Source of the DNA: Minisyncoccota bacterium
GTDB taxonomy: Bacteria > Patescibacteriota > Minisyncoccia > Phycocordibacterales > UBA9973
Direction: 5' to 3'
DNA: 64,000 nucleotides
NCBI GenBank assembly: GCA_031972855.1
Contig: DALYDY010000003.1
Location: 3,027-67,026 of the forward strand
Below are positions 39,404 through 46,744 of this stretch, one piece after another. The notes below the pieces were generated by a model. The model had not been told where the DNA came from. It worked only from the letters and a program-made list of their open reading frames with translations, and searched no databases. The stretch's first letter is position 1, and each line of letters begins with the position of its first letter. Position numbers and translations under genes: made by a program.

Positions 39404-39619
39404 TTAGTTATATAAAAGCGAGGTGTGGAACCATGATCCGGAGGCAAAATAGCCAATGGCGATTCCTATTATGAGTTGCCGGGCATTACGCCAAATATAA
39501 CGTAATGTGTTCCATGACCAAGTCATATATTGTCCTGGACTTTGGACCATAAAAGAAACGGCGAGACCAAGTAACCATAAACAAAGAATCATTACAAAAA
39601 TAAATTCTACTAAATTCAT
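39404..39619 (-). CDS. Small two-helix membrane protein (71 aa)
   Basis: Two hydrophobic helices. GC content higher than surroundings. Confidence 0.4.
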   Translation of the reverse strand: MNLVEFIFVMILCLWLLGLAVSFMVQSPGQYMTWSWNTLRYIWRNARQLIIGIAIGYFASGSWFHTSLLYN

Positions 39620-39628
39620 AAATATAGG

Positions 39629-39677
39629 GGTTTAATTGTGGTCAAAAAGGACATTATCCCCTTTGATCACAATTAAA
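39629..39677 (+). promoter_or_regulatory. Long inverted repeat (17-bp stem with one G-U pair, 15-nt loop) in the thrS 5' region
   Basis: gtttaattgtggtcaaa ... tttgatcacaattaaac, followed by cttttatg. About 100 nt upstream of the thrS ATG and about 10 nt upstream of the divergent small ORF. Confidence 0.45.
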
Positions 39678-39780
39678 CTTTTATGAACCAACTTCAAAGA
39701 ACTATATATGTATTATATACTATTTATACACAAATGTCAATAGAGTCAAAAAAGCTTATTTTGTAGTACAATTAAAGTCT

Positions 39781-41532
39781 ATGCAACAAGAAAACATTGA
39801 ACATATTCGTCATTCTCTTGCCCACCTCTTAGCGGCGGCAGTTTTAAAGCATTTTCCAGACACTAATCCAACTCTCGGTCCTGCAATTGAAAATGGTTTT
39901 TACTATGATTTCGAATTCCAAAATCCTCTAAAAGAAAGTGATTTGGAAAAAATAGAAAATACAATGCGCGAACTCCTCCCTACTTGGAGCGCTTTTACTT
40001 GTGAAGAAGTTTCTTATGAAAAAGCAAAAGAAGTTTTTGCTGGTAATAAATACAAGCTGGAACTCATAGAAGAAATAAAAGAAAAAGGTGAATCTATAAC
40101 TTTCTACACTTCTGGAGATTTTACTGATCTTTGCCGTGGAGGACATGTGACTGATATGAAAAATATTCCAAGTGATTGTTTCAAATTAGATAGTCTCGCT
40201 GGAGCATACTGGCGTGGAAGTGAGAAGAACAAAATGCTTACTCGCATTTATGGACTTGCATTCCACACAAAAGCTGAACTCGATGAATACGTAACAATGC
40301 AAGCAGAAGCAGAAAAACGCGACCATAGAAAAATTGGTCCAGCTCTAAAACTTTTTACTATTTCACAACTAGTAGGTTCTGGACTACCACTCTTCCAACC
40401 AAAAGGAACTATTCTACGTAAAGAATTAGAAAACTATCTATGGGACCTTCATAAAGATAAAGGATATGATCGTGTATGGACACCTCACTTAGCAAAAGAA
40501 GATTTGTACAAAGTGTCAGGACACGCGGGACACTATCTGGATGATATGTTCTCTGTTCATGGAGGAACTTCAAAAGAAGATTTTTATGTGAAGCCAATGA
40601 ACTGTCCTCACCACATGCAAATTTTTGCCGACAATCAATTTTCTTATAGAGATATGCCTGTTCGCTACTTTGAACCAGCAACAGTTTATCGTGATGAAAA
40701 AACAGGTCAACTATCAGGACTAACTCGCGTGCGCGCGCTCACACAAGATGATGGTCACCTTTTCTGTAGAGTGAGTCAAATAGAAAATGAAATAAAAACA
40801 ATCGTAGAAATTATTAAAGACTTCTACACTACAATGGGAATGATGGAAGGATATTGGGTAAGATTATCTGTTCGTGGAGACGACAAAGAAAATTACTTGG
40901 GTGAAGATATTGTATGGGAAACAGCAGAATCAGCTTTAAAAAATGTTTGTGATTCAGAAAAATTAAATTACAGAATAGGAAAAGGAGAAGCTGCTTTTTA
41001 TGGACCAAAACTAGACTTTATGTTTAAAGACGCTATCGGAAGAGAGTGGCAATTAGCAACAGTTCAATGTGACTTCAATTTACCAAAAAGATTTGAACTT
41101 TCTTTCACAAACGAGAAAGGAGAAAAAGAACAACCAGTTGTTATACATAGAGCAATATCTGGATCCCTTGAAAGATTTATAGGAGTTGCAATAGAACACT
41201 TTGGAGGCGCATTTCCTACTTGGATGTCACCTGTACAAGTTGCAATTATCCCTGTATCTGAAAAACATCTAGATTATGCACACACAGTAAAACATCTTCT
41301 TTCTGGGTTTTCTATTAGAACAGAATTATATGATGGAAATGAATCTTTAGGAAAAAGAATTAGGGAAGCAAAAATGAGTAAGATTCCTTATGTTCTTGTT
41401 ATTGGAGACAAAGAAATAGCTGATAATTCTGTAACAGTTGAAAAACGTGGAAGTGAAGAAAAAGGAGTATCAATACCTATTAATGATTTTGTAACAAAAA
41501 TAACAGATGAAATAAAAAATAGAAGTCTCTAG
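39781..41532 (+). CDS. thrS: Threonine--tRNA ligase (lacks the N-terminal TGS domain)
   Basis: Editing-domain motif RHSLAHLL. Class II motifs. Size is 583 aa. Confidence 0.9.
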   Translation: MQQENIEHIRHSLAHLLAAAVLKHFPDTNPTLGPAIENGFYYDFEFQNPLKESDLEKIENTMRELLPTWSAFTCEEVSYEKAKEVFAGNKYKLELIEEIKEKGESITFYTSGDFTDLCRGGHVTDMKNIPSDCFKLDSLAGAYWRGSEKNKMLTRIYGLAFHTKAELDEYVTMQAEAEKRDHRKIGPALKLFTISQLVGSGLPLFQPKGTILRKELENYLWDLHKDKGYDRVWTPHLAKEDLYKVSGHAGHYLDDMFSVHGGTSKEDFYVKPMNCPHHMQIFADNQFSYRDMPVRYFEPATVYRDEKTGQLSGLTRVRALTQDDGHLFCRVSQIENEIKTIVEIIKDFYTTMGMMEGYWVRLSVRGDDKENYLGEDIVWETAESALKNVCDSEKLNYRIGKGEAAFYGPKLDFMFKDAIGREWQLATVQCDFNLPKRFELSFTNEKGEKEQPVVIHRAISGSLERFIGVAIEHFGGAFPTWMSPVQVAIIPVSEKHLDYAHTVKHLLSGFSIRTELYDGNESLGKRIREAKMSKIPYVLVIGDKEIADNSVTVEKRGSEEKGVSIPINDFVTKITDEIKNRSL

Positions 41533-41552
41533 TAAAACACTAATAAATAATA

Positions 41553-41576
41553 AAAATCCCCTTAAGGGGATTTTTA
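41553..41576. terminator. Bidirectional terminator (perfect palindrome)
   Basis: aaaaatcccctt|aaggggattttt. Confidence 0.65.
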
Positions 41577-41768
41577 TTATTTAACCATTGATTTCAAAAG
41601 CAAAGCCATTTCTTTTATATCTTGTTCTTTTTGTTTTGCGAGTTTAATCCAAAAAGATTTTAGTTCTTTTGACTTCGCAATTTTCTGATATTCTTTTGTA
41701 ATCCTCCAATGACTTTTTGATTCTTGTGTCATTTGAGTCATTAAATTGTATAAATTATTGTCTTTCAT
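41577..41768 (-). CDS. Hypothetical small protein (63 aa)
   Basis: ORF. Preceded on its strand by the GTCTATATTCTAATTA motif about 27 nt before the ATG. Confidence 0.35.
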   Translation of the reverse strand: MKDNNLYNLMTQMTQESKSHWRITKEYQKIAKSKELKSFWIKLAKQKEQDIKEMALLLKSMVK

Positions 41769-41791
41769 AATACTTTAAGTATATCAGTATA

Positions 41792-41807
41792 TTGATAATT
41801 AGAATAT
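41792..41807 (+). repeat. 16-nt copy of the 3' half of the 35-bp repeat (taattagaatatagac)
   Basis: Exact match to 10115-10130 and 11315-11330. Followed by a weak UUCG hairpin and a T-run. Confidence 0.7.
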
Positions 41808-41935
41808 AGACAAACAAAAAAAAATGACACCCTTCGGGTACTACTTTTTGTTAATTTTTATATTCTATTCACTTTATAACAAACTTTGACAAAATATTAA
41901 ATAAATTATATGATTTTAGCAAATAAATTAAACAA

Positions 41936-42736
41936 ATGAATACACTAAATATCAATAATTCTATAGTACAGGAAGTACTGAAGAATTTTTTTGCCTCTCA
42001 AATCATATACAAAACAGATTTTTTAGTTCACGAAACAATTTCTCCTTTCTCAAGTCATAAAAAAGTTTCTATTGAAGAATTATGTCTTGTACATGATTTT
42101 ACAGAAGAAATGAATTCAAAGATTCTATACACAAGAGAAATTAAAAGAAGATTTCCTATAGTATTTAAAAAACTGGCGGATGAAATTACCAGTAAAAAAT
42201 GGAATGATCACCTGCAAAAAAATGATAATTTTGACTTAAATAATATTGTAGAATTATTTACCTCTAAAACTTTAAAAGAAGATTTAGAAACTAATTTTCC
42301 TACAATTCCTGTATACAAAGTTCCAGGTGAAAAAACAGGACCCGTCAAAACTTTCATTATTCTATTTCCGTATTGGCATAATTCCAACGGTTTTGACTTT
42401 GCAGCACTTGAATATTTACAAGAAAAAGGTTTTGCTGGTTCAGTCGTTATTAGGATGAGTATGGGATGTATTGGTAAAATACTTTATGCAATAATTAAAA
42501 AATACAAAATTGACGCTTTCATAAATTTTTATGATCACGGAGAAAGTTGTAATAATTGGCATTGGATGGAGTATCAAATAAAAGAAGAGTTAAAGAAATA
42601 TGATATTGTTGATTTTTTAGAATCACTAAATAATATTCCTAAAAACAAGTATGGGACATCAGGGGATGGTGGTATTGAATATAAAGAAATGGACAAAATT
42701 TTTGAGTTCTTCAAAAATTCAAAAGCGGTCACTTAA
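41936..42736 (+). CDS. Hypothetical protein (266 aa)
   Basis: ORF with an upstream TTGACA-N17-TATGAT. No motif recognised. Confidence 0.4.
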   Translation: MNTLNINNSIVQEVLKNFFASQIIYKTDFLVHETISPFSSHKKVSIEELCLVHDFTEEMNSKILYTREIKRRFPIVFKKLADEITSKKWNDHLQKNDNFDLNNIVELFTSKTLKEDLETNFPTIPVYKVPGEKTGPVKTFIILFPYWHNSNGFDFAALEYLQEKGFAGSVVIRMSMGCIGKILYAIIKKYKIDAFINFYDHGESCNNWHWMEYQIKEELKKYDIVDFLESLNNIPKNKYGTSGDGGIEYKEMDKIFEFFKNSKAVT

Positions 42737-42750
42737 GACCGCTTTTTTAT
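42721..42750. terminator. Terminator hairpin with the 41936 ORF's stop codon in its loop
   Basis: aaaagcggtc acttaa gaccgctttttt. Confidence 0.6.
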
Positions 42751-42792
42751 TTGTATTCTCTGCACACTTTATCGCTATCCCCTCAAAATTAA

Positions 42793-44829
42793 CTAAATAT
42801 CTAGATTTGCCATTTTTGCATGAGACTGAATAAATGCTTTACGTGGTGGCACTTCACTACCCATTAACATATCAAATACTTTATTTGCCTCCTCTGCGTC
42901 TTCAACGGCAACTTGTTTCAAAATACGCTTAGTAACATCCATTGTTGTCTCTTGAAGTTCTTCAGCATTCATTTCTCCAAGACCTTTGTAACGTTGAATA
43001 GAAATTTTTGTAGCACGCTTTCCTTTTACATCTTCTACCTCTTCAATGTCTTCTGCATTTTCTGTTGACTCATCTGTTTCTTCTGCTTGCTCATTTCCTA
43101 CTATTGCAAATTTTTCTTCATCAGTGAAAGCATAAAAAATTTCTTTACCTTTTTTAATTTTATACAAAGGTGGTTGAGCAATATAAACATATCCTGCATC
43201 TAAGATTGGACGGAAGTATCTGTAAAACAAAGTAAGAATAAGTGTGCGAATGTGTGCTCCGTCCACATCAGCATCTGTCGCAAGAATTATTTTATGATAA
43301 CGCATTTTTTCTAGATCGAATGTGTCACCAATAGAAGCACCCATCGCTACAACCAAATTTTTTATTTGTTCACTTCCAAGCATACGGTCAAGACGTGCGC
43401 GCTCTACGTTCAAGATTTTTCCACGTAGTGGAAGTATGGCTTGAGTCTTACGATCACGCCCTGCTTTAGCTGTACCTCCCGCTGAGTCCCCCTCTACAAT
43501 AAAGAGTTCTGATTCTGCCGCACTCTTTGATTGACAGTCCGCAAGCTTTCCTGGAAGTGTCATTCCTTCTAGAGCACCTTTACGGAGTATTGAATCCTTT
43601 GCAGCTTTTGCAGCCTTACGAGCACGAAGAGCAAGAACCGCTTTATTTATAATTCCTTTTGCACTGTCTGGATTTTCTTCAAAGAAAGCAGATAATGCTT
43701 CGCCAAAAACAGTTGCTACAGCACCTTGAGCTTCAGTAGAACCAAGCTTTGATTTTGTTTGACCTTCAAATTGAATTTCACGAAGTTTTACAGAAACAAC
43801 AGCAACTATACCTTCAAGAACGTCATCTCCTGTAAATCCACCATCAGCTTCTTTTAGGATATTATTTTTCTTTGCGTAAGTATTAATAACACGAGTAAGT
43901 GCAGTCTTGAATCCTGTGATATGAGTACCTCCTTCTGGTGTGTAGATATTGTTTGCAAAAGGAACAATCTTTGAAGATATGTCATCAATATATTGAAAGG
44001 CAATCTCTACCCCAACTTCATCTTGTTCTTTTTCAACATAAAAAACAGTATCTTGAACTGGTTTTTGATTTTTTGTATAAAGCTTAACCAAAGAAACAAG
44101 TCCTCCTTCGAAATAGTATGAGATTGATGGGAGTTCTAGCTCTAGATCAGCAAGCCAAAATACTTCAGTATCTTTTATTTTTTCATTACTCGCGCGGGCG
44201 TCAATAATATGAACGCGAAGCTCCTTAACCAAATATGCTTGTTGTTCAAGACGGTGAATTATTGTATTCCAATCAAATTTTATTTCTTTAAAAATTTCTA
44301 AGTCAGGTTCAAATGTAATAATTGTTCCGTTATTTTTTGTCTTACCGATATTTTTTACATTCGCCTTCTTCTTACCTTGAGAATATTCTTGCACATGAAT
44401 TCCTCCTTCACGGTGAACTTCAGCACGAGTATAAATAGACAGAGCGTTTACAACAGAAGCACCAACACCATGAAGTCCTCCAGAAACTTTATAACCTTCA
44501 CCACCAAATTTTCCTCCAGCATGAAGAGTTGTCATAACAGTCTCAAGAGCAGAAACTTTTGTCTTAGGGTGAATACCTACAGGAATACCGCGTCCATTAT
44601 CAACGACACGAATACGATTTCCAGGAAGAAGTACGACTTCGATACGATTACAAAATCCTCCCATCGCTTCGTCGCGTGAGTTGTCGAAGATTTCCCATAT
44701 AAGATGATGAAGCCCTTCTGTTCCTGTGCCACCGATATACATACCCGGTCTACGACGTACTGGTTCGAGCCCTTCTAGGACTGAAATGTCTTCCGCACCG
44801 TAACTTGATTTTTTAGGGGCACTTGCCAT
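42793..44829 (-). CDS. gyrB: DNA gyrase subunit B
   Basis: GHKL ATPase N-terminus (LEGLEPVRRRPGMYIGG, HLIWEIFDNSRDE). Toprim EGDSAGG. Size is 678 aa. Confidence 0.85.
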   Translation of the reverse strand: MASAPKKSSYGAEDISVLEGLEPVRRRPGMYIGGTGTEGLHHLIWEIFDNSRDEAMGGFCNRIEVVLLPGNRIRVVDNGRGIPVGIHPKTKVSALETVMTTLHAGGKFGGEGYKVSGGLHGVGASVVNALSIYTRAEVHREGGIHVQEYSQGKKKANVKNIGKTKNNGTIITFEPDLEIFKEIKFDWNTIIHRLEQQAYLVKELRVHIIDARASNEKIKDTEVFWLADLELELPSISYYFEGGLVSLVKLYTKNQKPVQDTVFYVEKEQDEVGVEIAFQYIDDISSKIVPFANNIYTPEGGTHITGFKTALTRVINTYAKKNNILKEADGGFTGDDVLEGIVAVVSVKLREIQFEGQTKSKLGSTEAQGAVATVFGEALSAFFEENPDSAKGIINKAVLALRARKAAKAAKDSILRKGALEGMTLPGKLADCQSKSAAESELFIVEGDSAGGTAKAGRDRKTQAILPLRGKILNVERARLDRMLGSEQIKNLVVAMGASIGDTFDLEKMRYHKIILATDADVDGAHIRTLILTLFYRYFRPILDAGYVYIAQPPLYKIKKGKEIFYAFTDEEKFAIVGNEQAEETDESTENAEDIEEVEDVKGKRATKISIQRYKGLGEMNAEELQETTMDVTKRILKQVAVEDAEEANKVFDMLMGSEVPPRKAFIQSHAKMANLDI

Positions 44830-44930
44830 AAATAATGAATGAAATAAAGGTAAAAATACTATCTAATATGGGTAAATTATACCAAATTTATACTTTTTTT
44901 CCAAGAAATTATATGTAGAAAATAAATATA

Positions 44931-44958
44931 AAAATCCAGATTTATTCCTGGATTTTTA
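44931..44958. terminator. Intrinsic terminator 3' of the PheRS gene
   Basis: aaaatccag atttattc ctggatttt. Confidence 0.6.
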
Positions 44959-44965
44959 TTACAAA

Positions 44966-46099
44966 TTACCTAATTTTGGCATTATATACTTCGACTGTCT
45001 TTTCTTCCAATTTTTTGTGAAGATTGTTTACTTCTTCGTCTGTAAGAGTCTTTTCAAGTGAGCGATATGTGATTCTATAAGCATAACTCTTATTCCCTTC
45101 TCCAAATTTTTCTGCATTTTCATATTCATCAATAAGAGCCATTTCTTCGGCTAGATCACCTACTACATCACGGACCAAATCAAAGTAATCATTTGGAGTA
45201 AAACTTGCCTTCTCTACAACAAAAGAAATATCGCGAATAACTGCAGGATATTTACTAACCTCTTTGAATTTTTGTCCAAGAACAAGCTGTCTCTTTACTC
45301 TCTCGTCTTCTGACCAAAGAAGTCTAATATCTGGAAGCTCCATACTGATGATTGCAAGACGTTCAAGACCAAATCCGAAAGCCCAACCATTATATCCTTC
45401 AAGTCCAAAATTTTTCAAAACATCTTTGCGAGGCATTCCTCCTCCCATAATCTCAACCCATTTTCCATCAAGCTCTACTTCTATTTGAAGTGATGGATCT
45501 GTGTAAGGGAAAGTATCATCCAAGAAACGGTATTTTGTTTCCTTTCCAAAAAGACCTTCGACGATTTCAACAAGAGCTTCTTTCAAATCATCAAGTGTTA
45601 AAACTTTTTCAGAATCTGGTACAAGATATAATCCTCCCATTTGGTGGAATATATTCATATGCTTTCGGTCAATCTCATCTTTGCGATAAACTTTTCCATA
45701 ACAAATAACACCTAGTGATTCATTATTTTTTATACGTTCTTTTATTTCTGGACTATTAAGATAGTAATACCACATCACTGTATCATGTGTTCTAAGAATA
45801 TTTTCTTCATCTACGTAATATGTGTCTGACTTACTACGTGCCACATGATCTGGAGCGAAGTTAAATAGATCAAAAGAAACATCTGCTCTAACTATTTCAG
45901 GAATGATAATATTATCAAAACTTTTTAGTATATCTATTTTTTTAGTTTTTTCTACAAGAGAAAACAGAGGACTTGATTCATTACGAGAAAGATCGGACAT
46001 TTGCAAATATCTCTTTATTCTTCCTGACTCTGCGTCATTTCTTTCTTCAAACCCTTTTAGAATAAGGTCTTGTTCTGTAGTATCTATTTTTATTTCCAT
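44966..46099 (-). CDS. pheS: Phenylalanine--tRNA ligase, monomeric mitochondrial-type (PheS catalytic core fused to a C-terminal FDX-ACB anticodon-binding domain)
   Basis: Class II core FPYTDPSLQIEVE, GWAFGFGLERLAII. C-terminal YPAVIRDISFVV...SYAYRITYRS ferredoxin-fold anticodon-binding domain. Start at the internal Met; extended -10 TGaTATAAT lies 7 nt upstream. Confidence 0.75.
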   Translation of the reverse strand: MEIKIDTTEQDLILKGFEERNDAESGRIKRYLQMSDLSRNESSPLFSLVEKTKKIDILKSFDNIIIPEIVRADVSFDLFNFAPDHVARSKSDTYYVDEENILRTHDTVMWYYYLNSPEIKERIKNNESLGVICYGKVYRKDEIDRKHMNIFHQMGGLYLVPDSEKVLTLDDLKEALVEIVEGLFGKETKYRFLDDTFPYTDPSLQIEVELDGKWVEIMGGGMPRKDVLKNFGLEGYNGWAFGFGLERLAIISMELPDIRLLWSEDERVKRQLVLGQKFKEVSKYPAVIRDISFVVEKASFTPNDYFDLVRDVVGDLAEEMALIDEYENAEKFGEGNKSYAYRITYRSLEKTLTDEEVNNLHKKLEEKTVEVYNAKIR

Positions 46100-46253
46100 A
46101 AAATGTATTATATCAAAAAATGTCCTTTTTACCAGAAAAAATTTTTGGGTGTTATAATTAAAAAATGAACACAAAAATGATCATTTTATTTATACTTTTA
46201 TTTATTGTTTTAGGCTTTGTGGCTGGAATAATAGATAATGGAATTATAAAATT

Positions 46254-46727
46254 TTAATTACATCCAACACCCACCAAAGGATTATCATAAAATCCTGTAG
46301 TACCAAATTTATTTGTATTATCAATACAAATATTCCCACCAGTAGGAAGTACCGTATAAAAAGCATAAGAACTATTTCCGTTACTTAATTCACGTATAGT
46401 ACACGAAAGAGTATTAGATCCGTTTAAAGATTCAATTTGGGTTATAGCTTTACTTATTGAAGGGTCACCAAACATTGTAGAGCTAAAAGCATAAACGTCA
46501 GCACAACCATAAGTTGAATTAGGGGCCATGGCCTTATTTAGAAAATAAGTACCTCGATTGCTATACCACAATTCTGCTTGTTTTCTTATTGAATCCATAT
46601 TTGATTTTATAGCAGATGATTTTGTTTTATTTCTGGCAGCACCAAGACTACTCATTACAATAGCCGCCAACAATCCAATAATTGCTATAACTATAAGTAG
46701 CTCGAGAAGTGTAAAAGCTTTTTTCAT
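46254..46727 (-). CDS. Type IV pilin-like protein (prepilin N-terminal cleavage/methylation domain)
   Basis: MKKAFTLLELLIVIAIIGLLAAIV class III signal peptide. Confidence 0.8.
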   Translation of the reverse strand: MKKAFTLLELLIVIAIIGLLAAIVMSSLGAARNKTKSSAIKSNMDSIRKQAELWYSNRGTYFLNKAMAPNSTYGCADVYAFSSTMFGDPSISKAITQIESLNGSNTLSCTIRELSNGNSSYAFYTVLPTGGNICIDNTNKFGTTGFYDNPLVGVGCN

Positions 46728-46744
46728 ATATTAAATTATACCAG

